Source: Octopus vulgaris
Lineage: Eukaryota
Assembly (NCBI GenBank): GCA_951406725.2
Contig: OX597821.1
Span: forward strand, 57,722,001-57,786,000
DNA length: 64,000 nucleotides
Direction: 5' to 3'
Below the pieces are notes generated by a model. That model was not told the DNA's origin. It searched no databases and saw only the letters and a program-made list of their open reading frames with translations. Of this stretch, positions 40,263-54,389 are shown piece after piece. How positions within the stretch are numbered: the stretch's first letter is position 1; every line of letters begins with the position of its first letter. The position numbers and the translations under genes were made by a program.

Positions 40263-42291
40263 AACTATACAAACATACACACACACACAACGCATATATA
40301 TGTGTATGTGTGTATGTGTGTGCGTGTAGTGTGTGCGTGCGTGCGTGTCTTTGTACGTATATAAACAAAAAAATATGAAATCAGCCTCGGTGAGCTTGCC
40401 AAAATGTTATTTTGTATCTAAAATATAATTGTTGGACAATATATTCTAGAAATATTTATATATTTTTTTGGCAGAAATCTATTTGCAGAAAATATTTTAT
40501 GATTATGTTTTTGGTTGGTGGTGCTAAACATTATGGAGTTAAACTCATTGATTTTCTCAAAGAAAGTGGAGAATACAATTTATATAAAGGAGATAGAAAC
40601 TGGTAACTGAGATTAAATTAATTTGGAATTTGAAAAATAGGAATTCGACGCAAACTACGTAATGGAACGTGTGGTGTGATACAGACAAAATGGCTTCCGG
40701 ATGAAAAATTGCATTTAATTTTAGAAGTTTTTGGCTTGTGAGGAAAGAAATATTGAAGACAAATGCAATATATAATGTGCATTGAGCAAACCTACTGGGG
40801 TGCACAATCAGCGGTAGAAAAGACGTGTAGGTAACATTCTTCTTAATATAATCGAGGATTTTTTATCATATATATATATAACGATGCATAAAAGTGTCTT
40901 ATAAGGAAACGGGCAGGTAGAATCGTCGGCACATCTAAGAAAATGCACACTGCTTCCGGCTCTTTATGTCTGAACTCAAATCCCACCAAGATCAACTTTA
41001 CTTTTTATCTGTTTGAGATCGATGAAGTACCAGTCATGTACTGGTATCAGTGTAATTGATTTGTCCACTTCCCTCAAAACTGTTGGCCCTGAATTCTGCC
41101 ACGAACTGGCACCCCATTCAGAGGGAATGCTGGGATCGAGATCACTTATTAACCATGGAAACTGCCTAACCGGCTTTGAGTCATTTGGGCTCAAGAAAAA
41201 TATTCTCAAAATATAGAGAATCCAGTACAAGAGGAAATCCTGCAATGTAATTCAAAATTTCTCCAAATACCTTTAATACAGATATAACAAAGTCAAGGAC
41301 AGGTTGTTCGAACTGAAAAGTCTTACTTATCGTACTTAAACAGTCACGTTTAAATATAGGCAATTCTTTTTTGAGTAATTGATGCGTGACACAATTCTCG
41401 AAATTGTCATAAAACGTCATTGAATTATAGCCAAACTTTTGGATTTTTATCGGAACGTAATGTGAGTGTTTCATTGAAAGAAAAGTGAATTTTGAGCAAT
41501 ATAAAGGCGAAAAACTTAAAAGTACCGAAAGAAGCGAATTTTAATTCATCTCAAAGAAGAGGAAAGAGTATTGGGTATTGGAAATACATTATTGATAAAC
41601 ATTAATCCAGATGATAGACTTATGAATGATTAGATCAGGGTTGACATGGCTGACGAAACGATTAGAAATGTTATCATAGAGTAGATGATTGCAATGGTAA
41701 ATCGCATAATATCATTTAGTGATATACATCCAAATGTTAAATTAATAAAACAATTCTCTTTCTCCATCATCGGACCACTTAAGTCTCATAGAAGAGAATA
41801 CTTTCTCCGTAATAATGATGGATGTGAATAAAAGTGATATTTGAATCAAAGCTATCTCTTAGCTGATCTTTCAACGTTTCAGGTATATAGATTCTCACAT
41901 TCAGGTAGGTACATAGAGAATTAAGTTTTGAAGCGTATCAATGGAATCAAAATTAATTATGAGATGCCGTGTTTGTGAATAATAATTGGAAAGCGGCCTC
42001 CAAATTGACAGTTGTGGAAATATATAGCTGTGAGTACTGTTTGACCAAGGAGAGCGGTACAAGGGATATTCTGTTTGTTTTAAATGAAAGACATGGACAA
42101 CAAACGATGATGTTTGGCTTGAAAGTTGAAAAGGAAACTGCTTTGACGGTGCAGATCTCTAACTTCCTTGCTTTTTCTTCTGGCTATAATGAATACAAAT
42201 GGAGTAAATTGGTTGTATAATCAAATTTATAGCGCTCATATCTAAACATACTTAACGTACCTTCGTATACGTCCATATACAAGCATCATTC

Positions 42292-42345
<54 letters not shown>

Positions 42346-42422
42346 TGTAAATATATGCATATAAACAGATAGATATATAGACAGACAGACAGATAGGCAG
42401 GCAGACAGACAGACAGACAGAC

Positions 42423-42537
<115 letters not shown>

Positions 42538-42786
42538 AGTGCATACAAATATATTTACCTTAAAGCAGTGAGGAATCGATCGACGAAATCCAATGAGTTC
42601 TTATTATACGTTGTATTGATTTATGAACGAAGTAATTGAAGTAATTGATTGATGAATAAACTAATTTTCTTGTTTTCTCGCTCCAGGATTTTCCATAATA
42701 ATTCATAAATTTTTGAAAGGTAACAAATGTTTTGTATTTAAATACATATATGTGTGTGTGAGTGCGTGTTTGTGTATACGTATATG

Positions 42787-42817
<31 letters not shown>

Positions 42818-42968
42818 TTATTCCTATATATATACATATATATATATTTACATATATACATATATATATATACATATATATATACACACACATATATATA
42901 TACATATATATATATATATACATACACATATATATATACATATATACATATATATGTAAACATATATA

Positions 42969-43022
<54 letters not shown>

Positions 43023-43825
43023 ATGTATGTTTATGTTTGTATGTGTGTGTATATATGAAACTTTTGATTGGCTTCTCATACAAAAAAGAAAACTACTGAA
43101 TATACAACAATGCTAATGTTAGAAATGTGCTGAATCAGTTATGATTCTATGAAATCGATGCCAGTTATCAATGCTTTTTCAGCAAACCCAATCTCTGTTA
43201 GATGTATGCATGTATGTATACATGTATGTATGCATGTATGTATACATGTATGTATGCATGTATGTATACATGTATGTATGCATGTATGTATACATGTATG
43301 TATGCATGTATGTATACATGTATGTATGCATGCATTATGTGTGCGTGTGTATGTATGTACGCATGCAGGTATCTAAATATATTTACCTATATGTATATAT
43401 GCACACGCACACGAATATATATAGGTAAATGTATAGAAATCGTGATTTAGATATACATAATTAGGCTTCACACACACACACAGGCACACAAGGATATATA
43501 TTTATATATAAATATATATATATATATATATAGACAAATATATTTACATAGGACTGTGTTCTCTATGTTCTATGTAAGTGCATTTGTATATGTGTATATA
43601 TATATTTGCATATGTGTGTGTATGTGTGTGTGTGCGTACGTGCGTGCGTGCTTGTGTGTGTCTGTGTGCTTATAAGTTTCTTAATCTATGTATCTTTATG
43701 CATCTATATATATGTACATAAATATATATACATATACACAAACCAAACATCGATGCCCCAGTATAGCTGCAGCCCTTGAGCTGAAACTCGAAAAAGATAA
43801 AGAAAAAAGAATATATATCTATATC

Positions 43826-43870
<45 letters not shown>

Positions 43871-43873
43871 ATA

Positions 43874-44847
43874 CAGGGGTTGGACAAAATAATTGGAACA
43901 GTAGAAATTTAACTCCAATATTTCAGTGAGCCATTATATTACGAATATCCCTCCAAATTTCATTGTGAGTGTTTTTTTTTTTTGTATTGTAGATGGTTTT
44001 ATTTGGAGTAATTATTGTTTGCCAGCATAACATGGCAGTCCTGGTTTCGGACGAATGTTGCTGTAATTTAGCCCCAGGAGACATCATCTCCAGCTGGCTT
44101 ACGACACGATCTGTGTCCTTATATTTTCGAACAAGGATCACAGATCGTGTCGTAAGCCAGCTGGAGATGATGTCTCCTGGGGCTAAATTACAGCAATATC
44201 CGTCCTAATCCAGGACTGCCACGTTATGTTGGCAAACAATCTATACTCCAAAGTACTGTTTCTAAATATTTCTCGTTGTGAGATTTACAAATAGTAATTT
44301 TCTAATGGTTTTATTTATGTAATTTAATGATTATTTCTATCTCTTTTTCAGATCGTAATATAAATTAAGCTAAGATGCATGACCTCACTGAGTTCGAAAA
44401 AGGGCAAATTATTGGAGCTCGAAAGGCAGGAGCTTCCGTCACCAGAACACTTGAACTCCTCGTTTTTCCAAGAGCTACCATATCAAGGACCATGACTGAA
44501 TTTAAGAAGCAGGGCAGAACCTCCAGCAGGAGGAGTAAGTCCGAGAAAACTTCGAAGCTCACTGAAAAAGACCGACGAGAGTTGAATCGCATTGTGATGA
44601 AAAATCACCGGACAACTGCCCCTAAAGTGACAAAAGAGTTGAATCAACATCTAACTACCCTGTGCCATCCAAATTGTTCGCCGTGAGCTCAATAAAGCTG
44701 GATATCATGGAAGAGCCGCCACCAGAAAACTTCTGCTTTCTCATCAAAACATTCAGAAAAGGCTTAACTGGTGAAAAAGATCACAAGAGCTGGTCGAGAA
44801 AACAATGGAAGCAAGTAATATTCTCCGACGAGTACATTTCGTTTTGA
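43874..44847 (+). mobile_element. Tc1-like transposon, 3'-truncated
   Basis: TA-caggggttggacaaaataat 5' TIR. ORF 44375: MHDLTEFEKGQIIGARKAGASVTRTLELLVFPRATISR...KLTEKDRRELNRIV, then after frameshifts WKQVIFSDE. Confidence 0.9.
44002..44252. repeat. Fold-back inverted repeat (~115-bp arms) in the Tc1 5' region
   Basis: ttgctgtaatttagccccaggagacatcatctccagctggcttacgacacgatctgtg and its exact reverse complement flank a ~20-nt loop. A diverged single-arm homologue lies at ~56430-56550. Confidence 0.9.
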
Positions 44848-44869
44848 TTTAAATATATGTGTTCCATTT

Positions 44870-45620
44870 TGTTTTACTGCGATTTTTTGTTTCAGTCCCT
44901 CAGCCGCATTTGAACCTTCGACTGGGGTAACTATATTTCTACACAAAACACTTACGGGCTTAATCCATATATTAAATAATTGTATCCACTCTGTGCCAAA
45001 TTAAGTGAATGTTTTAATACATATATCTTAGTCTTTTTCGTTTGGCCTCGAAATGTTACGTTACATACGCATTCACCGATCAAGTATAATCTTATTCCAT
45101 GTGCTACCTTTTTAAATTTAATTAATCTCAACTTACCAACATATTTCCACGTTTTCTTTTTCGTTTATAAGTCATGTCAGTACCAGTGTCAAATATCAAT
45201 TTTACACTTGCATTTTTAATTTTCACCTTTACGAATTTTCTGTTCGTTGTATTACCCTTTTTTTTCCGATAACAAACTATTTTTTTACCTTTTTTCTGAA
45301 GTTTTATGATCGTTCTACAGTGCGACTTTATATATCTTATATTTCCACAAGGAAAACACTCCGCTTTTTTAAGTAGATAATTTTTTCTCAAGCGCATGCG
45401 ACCATATACAAAACGTAGGTTTATATCCCGATGTTTGTCGTATTTTTTAGAGAACATATCTCTATTCAGCCTATTCCGCACTGGTTTTACTTGGAAACAA
45501 TCTTTTCGTTCAATTTCCTCTGTGTCATGCCTTAATTTAAATATCCTTTCACATTCTTCACACACTTTTTGCAGGGTTGCATCCTGGCTTTGCTCCAGCT
45601 ATGCAAAAATTCTAGTTCTG
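44870..45620 (-). mobile_element. Ty3/Gypsy-like LTR retrotransposon relic (gag zinc knuckle plus aspartic protease)
   Basis: LEQSQDATLQKVCEECERI...ECFPCGNIRYIKSHC...RKFVKVKIKNASVKLIFDTGTDMT, i.e. a decayed CCHC knuckle followed by a DTG motif. Confidence 0.75.
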
Positions 45621-45764
45621 ACTTATATATATGTATGTAGGCATGTATGTATGTATTATGTATGTATGTATGTATGTATGCATGTATGTATGTATGTATG
45701 TATGCATGTATATATGTATGTGTATATGTGTATGTGTGTATGTCTATCTATATATGTATGTATA

Positions 45765-46100
45765 TTACTCTTTTACTCTTTTACTTGTTTCAGTCATTTG
45801 ACTACGGCCATGCTGGAGCACTGCCTTTAGTCGAGGAAATAGACCCCAAGACTTATTCTTTGTAAGCCTAGTTCCAATTCTATAGGTCTATTTTTTCGAA
45901 CCGCTAAGTTACGGGGACGTAAACACACTATCATCGGTTGTCAAGCTATGTTGGGGGGGGGACAAACACAGACACACAAACACACAGACACATATATTTA
46001 CATATACATATATACGACTTGCCCAAGGTGCCACGCAGTGGGACTGAACCCGAAACCATGTGGTTGGTAAGCAAGCTACTTACCACACAGCCACTACATA
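45765..46100 (-). mobile_element. Composite SINE copy with internal deletion
   Basis: Reverse complement of the dominant family. Confidence 0.8.
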
Positions 46101-48087
46101 CATATATTTTACTGTGTATATATGATAGTAAATTTATTTTGTAATTAAAACTTGTAAATGTACCCATCTATGCATTCTTTACCCATAAGTGATGTACTGT
46201 ACTTCCAATTGTTAAGTTTGCATATTTACTTATATATATGCTCAGATCTAAAAATTGCATCTTCAGTAGTTGGGTACTTTTCACATATATTGAAAAGTAT
46301 TCCGGTATATAACTATACCTTATAAATCATACATAAGTATTTAATTACGTTCTCCTCTATATATACATATAATCTTTTCTATATAATTTTTTTATTTAAT
46401 TTTTTAATATATAGACATTTTTAGTGACCTAGATTTATAACTATTTGTACAACTATTTTTGTTTTGTTATTTTATCATTTATTCAAATGTTTATAAAATA
46501 TTTAAATAATTTTCAAATATTATAATTGTTATATATATGTTTCTATAACGTATATTTGTTTTTATAATATATGATGTATGTTTATACGTACATCGTCACT
46601 AAAATTTCATGTATATGTATAAAAACTATTTATGTACATATGTGTTACATGGGTACAGGTGTTCAGTGTATAAGACTGTCTCTTTGTAACTGTCGTCTAA
46701 TGGGTGCATATGTGCATTATCGTATATTTTCGGTGTCTGATTCCTTTTTAGTCCATAATTCTCAGTGTATACATTGTAAGCGTCTATATACACAAGTATA
46801 TGCATATAATTTTTGTTTTACTAGTACAACAATCCTAGGTTTTTTTTTATATATGTATGCATATTTAGTTGTTTCACTATATATGACACAAGAAAAAAAA
46901 TTTTTTTAGTAACCATATCCATATACATATAATACCAATATTGTTAATTTTTCCAATCTCCTAACAGTTAAAAAGTAGACCATTTTCCCCTTATTTATTC
47001 TGTTGTGTCTGGGGAGAGTCATATTCTTTTTGTGCCTTATAATTTAACACACGCACCGGTAAAATTTCCACTTATTTTCTATTTTTATTTTCCTAAAATT
47101 TTCGTTGCGCCTTGCAACCTTTTCAATAGTCTTGACTCCGTCCATTATTTACATTACGTTCTTTTTTGTTTTTTTGTGCGCGTGTGTGTGGGTCAGTGTG
47201 TGTGTGTGTGTGTGTGTGTGTGTTTATGCATGCACGTACGTATGTATATATGTGTATGTATGTATGCATGTGTGTGTATGTATATATGTGTGTGTATGCA
47301 TATGTATATATGTGTGTGCATCTGTAGGTATGTATTCTGCATATTTATGTGCTTGCATGTCCGTGTTTGTGTATTTTCTATGTATGTGTGTGCGTGAGCG
47401 TGTGTTTGCATTTGTATGAACCTCTGTCTCCTTGTGTATGCATGTCTGTGTGTGTGTGTTTGTGTGTTTTGCAACTATGTACCATGTTTTTATGTATGGA
47501 TGTACATCTCTACATGTGTGGACCCTTGTCTCCATATGCGTCCTTGTGTGGAGTAAAGTGTGTGTGTATATGTGGTCATGTGTTTCAGTCTCCATTTGCG
47601 TATGTGCGCTTGTCTATTCTTATAACCTATGTACCTATCCGTCTGTATGTTGATCTGTTTATTTTCATATCCATATGCTTACATACAAAAAAAAAATACA
47701 TGTGCATACACTTATTTATTATCTCCCCTAAACTAGTCAACTTTCGATAATATTTACTTTCACGAAAATTATTTTCTAATCTTTTATTTTTTCTATAGTT
47801 AGTCATGTCTTAAATAGTCGTGTCTTAAACAGACATGACTCCTAGAATAATTGCACATTCAAAATTAGTAAGAACACAAGACCCATGTAATTCTATAGTT
47901 CACATTTTTCTTTATTAAGTTCTTATTTTTTCTTATTGTGCTGCTGATGAGTAATATATATATATAGCTGAAATTGCGAGGATGATACGGTTCTTGACTA
48001 AAGATTAAAGGCTTCGAATGACCCGTCCGTGTTTTTTGTATCACCTCGTTCTCCGGATGTTTTGCATTCTTGTCCCATTTTGTATTT

Positions 48088-48194
<107 letters not shown>

Positions 48195-48221
48195 ATGTGT
48201 GTACATATATATATATATATA

Positions 48222-49484
48222 TTGGGTTGGCAACTAAGTTCCCGCCATTTTTTAAATTTTGGAATTTTTTTTTTCGAGAATTCTATTTTTGAATCACTTT
48301 TGAATCTATTTTGTTCTTTTGTATTTTTTTCTAGTTGATTTTACTTAATTTTTGTTTGTTTTCAAATAATTAAAATGGAATGTCAAGTTAAGAAAAACGA
48401 GCATTTTCGACACCTCCTTTTTGCTTTTAATCAAGGTTCGAAGGCCGCAAAAGCTGCTCGCGACATTTGTACTGTGTATGGAGAGGGTGTCATAGCTGAA
48501 AGAACCGCTCGCGATTGGTATGCCAAGTTCAAAAATGGAAATTGTGACCTCAAAGACCACCTTGTTCTTGCCGTCCAGTTGAGTTCGATGAAGAACGATT
48601 AAACCATTTTTTGCACGAAAATTTCGTCAAAAGACAAGGGAACTGGCAGAGAAAATGGAATGCTCCCACAGTGCTATAGAGAAGCATCTTCACTCGATGG
48701 GAAAGGTTCAGAAGTATGGAGTATTAGTTCCGCATGCTTTAAGTGAAAACAACAAAAATCAACAAGCCTCAATCTCCGCTGGTTTGCTTGATCGTCACCG
48801 CTCAACTCATGGACACAAACAATTTTATTACCGAATCGTTACTGGCGGCGAAAAATGATGCCTGTACATCAATATGAAGCAGCGTAAGGAATGGCTTAGT
48901 CCCGGTAAACAAGCGACACCGCGCGTGAAACAAGATCTTCATCTGCGTAAAACGATGTTGTGCGTACGGTGGGACTGGGAAGGGATTATCCATTACGAAT
49001 TGCTTGAACGGAACCAAACGGTCAACGCGGAACTCTATGTTCAACGGATGGAACGACTCCACACGGCTATTCAAGAGAAAAAGGCCTAATCGTCAGCATG
49101 GAGTTCTTCTGCTGCACAACCTCGCCCGCCCTCATATCGCCAATATGACCAAGGAAGCCATTCAAACGTATGGCTGGAATGTGCTGCCACAACTGCCATA
49201 CTCTCCTTCTGTGGCACCAACGGATTTCCACCACTTTTGATCTCTTTCAAATGCTATGCGCGGAGTTTCGTTCAATACTGATGCAGAATTAAGAGCTTGG
49301 TTGGATTAATTTTTTCGAATCGAAATCAGGTGATTTCTACCAACAAGGTACTGAAAATCTTGTTGAACGTTGGGATGAAGGTGTAAACAACAAGTGTGAA
49401 TACATTAATAATTAGTTGTTATCTTTTTATTAAACCTTTAAAAACGTTTAAATTTAAAAAACGGCGGGAAGTTAGTTGCCAACT

Positions 49485-49487
<3 letters not shown>
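48222..49487 (+). mobile_element. Full-length but inactivated mariner element in (TA)n
   Basis: TIRs ttgggttggcaactaagttcccgcc / ggcgggaagttagttgccaactcaa. Transposase pieces from 48375: HFRHLLFAFNQG, LVPHALSE, RIVTGGEK*, KTMLCVRWDWEGIIHYELL, LLHNLARPH, PYSPSVAPTDFH. Confidence 0.95.
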
Positions 49488-49558
<71 letters not shown>

Positions 49559-49560
<2 letters not shown>

Positions 49561-49805
49561 GTAAATGTAATATGTGACAATTATTCGGTAGCCATGATAA
49601 AACTACCGTGTTTCGGATGCCGAAACTTGGAGTTGGCCGGATGACTGAAGAGATGGCGGCGTGGATTTCTACCTCGGCATCCGAAACTCGGAGTTTTATC
49701 ATGGCTACCGAATAATTGTCACATATTACATTTACAGATAAATTCCTCTATTTACATAATATCGAGGTCTCTTTCATTCTTTTGCTGTCTTACCATTTTT
49801 ATCAA
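49559..49805 (+). mobile_element. Short PLE-type pLTR with inverted partial copy
   Basis: 49559-49623 is the inverse of 49674-49737. Flanked by (TA)n and contains a hammerhead core. Confidence 0.65.
49634..49707 (+). ncRNA. Type I hammerhead ribozyme motif
   Basis: tggccggatga-CTGAAGA(49645)-gatggcg...cggcatcc-GAAA CTC G GAG TT-ttatcatggcta. Stem I is 11 bp with one bulge and G-U pairs, stem III is quasi-palindromic, and the triplet is GUU. Confidence 0.7.
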
Positions 49806-50268
49806 TATATATATATATTATTCACCGTCCCATTTCTAGCAATGCTGGTGTTCACTGCACCTTTGTCACCCTTAGTAACGGTGAATTATTTCCTTCCTAG
49901 TTTTAAATTGCTTCTATCCGCCTTGATTATTTTATAATGTTTACTTAACCGTTTTGTGAAATCAGTTACTAACTTCTATGACATTCTCCATAATATCGAT
50001 AGGAGTGAGTTGGCCTCTACCAACTGTGATGGAATGAGCATTACCCATGAGTATTAATTTCCTGTACGAAATTAGCATGTTAATCTAATGATCTCGCTCA
50101 CATTGGGAAGGATTTTTCCCCCTCTCAATACAAAGAGACCATGTACTTTTGTGGCCAAAGAGTCTACGACTCCTATTTCTAGCAATGTTGGTGTTCCCTA
50201 CACACTTGTCACTGTCAGTGACGGTGAATTATTTCCTTATTGGTTTTAAATTGCTGCGAGCCACCTTC

Positions 50269-50331
<63 letters not shown>

Positions 50332-50334
50332 ATG

Positions 50335-50399
<65 letters not shown>

Positions 50400-52364
50400 A
50401 AATGCTCTCATACACTTGGAAATGGAAAAAATACAAAATATTAAAAATGGGAAAATAGGAAGGGCGAAAATATAAAAATGGAAGTGCTTTTAAATATATT
50501 CTGTTGTGAGAAGTTTGAAATCTATCGCTTATTATAAATAGTATATCTGTCACCTTTCAGTATTAAAAATATGACATAGAGCGGTTTTCATATTTGGTGG
50601 CATAGTTCAGAAGAAAGAAATTCATAAGCAGTGAAAAATGAAGAATTGGGGAGAAATAGAAGAAATGTAACGTGTAAGGATATAGCCCGATGATAAATGA
50701 AAGAAATACAGAATGAAGAAAATCAAAAATAATGAAATAAGGGTTTTAGAATAAAGTAGAAAAACACACAACTGAAAGCTTGAATTAAATAAGGAATGTT
50801 TAGAATTTAGTGAATAGATATAAAGAAAGAAAACTAGAAAGACTGGAAAATTTTGACTATGTCTAAGATATAAATTTTTAGAAGACAGAAATATATAAAG
50901 AAAGGAACGAACGACTAAATGATTGAGTAAGCAAACGAAGAAAGGGAATTGTGAATGGCATAAGTGTTGTGTCGTGAACGAGGGAAGAAATAAACGAGTG
51001 AAGTAACCGTCGAAAGCCAGCATCTATATGAGCCTTGGGGGGTCCATATAAAAATTTTGATGTTAAAATTTGTGCAATAAATTTACTATACTTCTAAAAT
51101 ACACAAAATATTTTAATATTTTATACAGTTCCTAGAAATATTTAATTATAAAAAGATAATGGGAGTTTTTTAAAAAAATCGAATGGCTATCAGGGGGGCC
51201 ATCCGAATAAAAAAGGGAATTAAAGGAATCCATGGGTAGGAAATGGTTGAGAAACACAAATTTAAAGGCAAAATTGGAGGAAAATATGAATATTGTGAGG
51301 AATGACGAACGTGAGAAGGAAGGAAGGAACGAACGAACGAACGAACGAACGAAGGAAAGGTAAAATAGAGAAAAAATATGAGTATTAAGAGGATGGCAGG
51401 GAGAAACGAAAGAGAAAACGAACGAATGAACGAACACGAAAGAAGGAAAGAAATGGAAGAAAGAATGGTGGGGGCGGGGAAAGAAGAAAAATGTAGGAAG
51501 ACAGGAAGAATGAGTAGCAGGAATGTATGTTGGATGCGTGAAAAGAAAGAAGGAACGATAAAAAGAAAATGGGGAGGAATTATATGGTTGTTCGAAAGGA
51601 AGGGGAAACAGAGATGAGAGGAACATGGGAAGAGTAACGAAGAAAGAGATAAAGGAAGGAAAGGATGAAAGAAAGACATAAACATAAAAGTTGACGGAAT
51701 TGAGTGTGAAGCAAAGAAAAAGTGTAAAAGAAGAATTGGCCACCGACTTGTGCCTATGTATGAAAAGAAAGAGAGAAAAAATGAGATGAATTAAAAGATT
51801 AGCTACGGATACTAAAAAAAAAATGGCTGATCTGAAGCCAAGCAATTCAAAATTCAGTTTTGCCATGAACTTCAGTATTTGGTTGGGGAACAGGAACTTT
51901 AAACATATTCGAAGCAAATAGATGAAAGAGTGAAAGAGTGTGAGATATTGAAGGGAATTGATGACATGAGATAGAGATAAGGAGAGAGAGAAAGAGAGAA
52001 AGAGAGATATTATAGGCATGAGATGAGAATTAAGAAAAAGTAAATATATAAAAACAGCGAAGTAATTTTCCAATACATATGGTAATAATTTATGCATTTA
52101 TGTACTTTAAAATATAGTATCTGTTTTACATCTATCCCTGCAAACTTAATAACCTATTTAATTACAATGCACCGGCTCACACACAAAACTAAGACAAAAA
52201 TTGTTCAAGCACATTTCCCCAAATTATTAAATAACAGCTCAAACCTTACGCAACAACTGGAAACATCGCAGAAATACCTAGCGAGGCAAATAACACCGAG
52301 CCAGAGGCATGAGCTGCCGGGAACACTTAATGAATATTCTGTACACTTTAGGTCGCTTCCCCTC

Positions 52365-52680
52365 TCTACTCTCTTTTACTCTTTTACCTGTTTCAGCCAT
52401 TTGACTGCGGCCATGCTGGAGCACCACCTTTTAGTCGAACAAATCGACACCAGGACATATTCTTCGTAAGCCTAGTACTTATTCTATCGGCCTCTTTGCC
52501 AAACCGCTAAGTTACGGGGACGTAAACACACCAGCATAGGTTGTCAAGCGATGTTGGGAGGACAAAAATTAGACACACAAACATACACATATATATATAT
52601 ACATATATACGACGGGCTTCTTTCAGTTTCCGTCTACCAAATCCACTCACAAGGCTTTGATCGGCCCGAGGCTATATTAG
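52365..52680 (-). mobile_element. Composite SINE copy, 5'-truncated
   Basis: Reverse complement of the dominant family. Confidence 0.8.
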
Positions 52681-52681
52681 A

Positions 52682-52890
52682 AGTGGTGGTGGCTCGGCGG
52701 CGGCGGCGGCGCCGGTGGCGGTGATGGTGATGGTGATGGTGGTGGTGGTGGTAGTGGTGGTGGTGGTGGTGGCGGTGGTGACGGCGGCGGTGATGGTGGT
52801 GGTGTTGGTGGTAGTGGCGGCGACGGCGGCGGCGGTGGTGGCGGTGGTGGTGGTGGTGGTGGTGGTGGCGACGATGGTAATGATGGTTGT
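52682..52890. repeat. (GGT/GGC)n trinucleotide microsatellite
   Basis: Seen directly. One of many SSR tracts in the window, e.g. (TG)n 1711-1816, (GATA)n 8640-8795, (TA)n-rich 53200-53610, (CAT)n 54520-54785. Confidence 0.95.
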
Positions 52891-53239
52891 AGTATCAGTG
52901 ATGATCGTGTTCCTTTTGCAGATTGAATGTGGCTTCTTATTGTTTTTATTATTTTCTTGCCATGATTTACATGACGGGGATAATGACGATGCTAAAAAAG
53001 GAGAGGGAAGAGGAGAACATACATGATGATGATGACGAAGATGATGTTGATGATGATACAGCTGCTGACAAACTCTTCTAGTGTTGCATCCAGTGGTGCA
53101 TTCTATTGCAACAGTTATATACTCCTGTGAATTCATTCTATGAAGCTGTTCTCTGATCGAAGATAATGCACTCGTTTTGTATTGTTCTATATTTAAGTAC
53201 GCATATATACATATGTATATATATATATATATACATATG

Positions 53240-53320
<81 letters not shown>

Positions 53321-53406
53321 GTATGTATGCATGCATGTAAGTAGTTTTGCATTGTTTTATATTTAAGTATGCATATATATACATATATACATACATATAT
53401 ATATAC

Positions 53407-53439
<33 letters not shown>

Positions 53440-53472
53440 CATATATATATACTTATATATATACATATATAC

Positions 53473-53545
<73 letters not shown>

Positions 53546-54322
53546 TATATACACATATATATATGCATATATATATATATAAACATATATATATATACAT
53601 TTGTATATATATGTGTGTGTGTGTGTAAGTAATTTGTAAGTACATATGTATGTATTTTGTTTGTAACCGTGTATATACGCGTCTCTAATGTATGTATATA
53701 TTTACTAGCATGTGTCTGTATACGCTTTTACAGAATACTAAACGCTCCTCTTTGCGTAAAACATGAAATAGAATACTGGAACAGTTAATCAATCAATCAA
53801 TCAATCTATAACTCTGTGTTAATAGGCCGGAGATATCGCTTAATAGCCAATCTATCAGTTTTATGCTCTCCTATTTGTTCTCTCTTTTTTTTTTTTTTTT
53901 TTTTTTTTATTTATTTTTTTTTTTACATTATCAAAGAAAGTCGAAGATGGTATAAAATAGCTATCACTTTCATTTAACGTCTTTGAAACATAAAAACTGC
54001 TCACTTTTTTCTTGATTAAACTTTCTTCATTTTCTAGTTTTCTGCTTTCGTTTCAAGTTTTTAAGGTGCTCGTCAGACGTTTTTTTCTCTCTCTCTCTTT
54101 TCTTAGCAAATACTATAAAGTGCTTTTTTTTTAATTTGAGATTCAGATTGATACGAGACAGCAATTAATTAATTATATCAAATAAATAGCTAATTAATTA
54201 ACATGTGTAACTATTTTTCCTTCTTGTCGGAAAAACATATTCTATTCCTGTACGGAATATCTCTTCTCGGATTTCGTCCAGTGTGTATCTGCTCACACAA
54301 GTTCTTTATTCTTTCTTTCTTG

Positions 54323-54389
<67 letters not shown>

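Noticed and set aside
41181-41474. 97-aa ATG-initiated ORF in unique-looking sequence
   Set aside because: No recognisable domain or supporting signals, and the length is compatible with chance.
51132-52097. 321-aa F/S/L-rich ORF
   Set aside because: Antisense of a purine-rich low-complexity tract, with no motifs or splice evidence.
54040-54080. CTGACGA...GAAAC on the minus strand as a hammerhead
   Set aside because: No stem I or stem II pairing and no NUH triplet.
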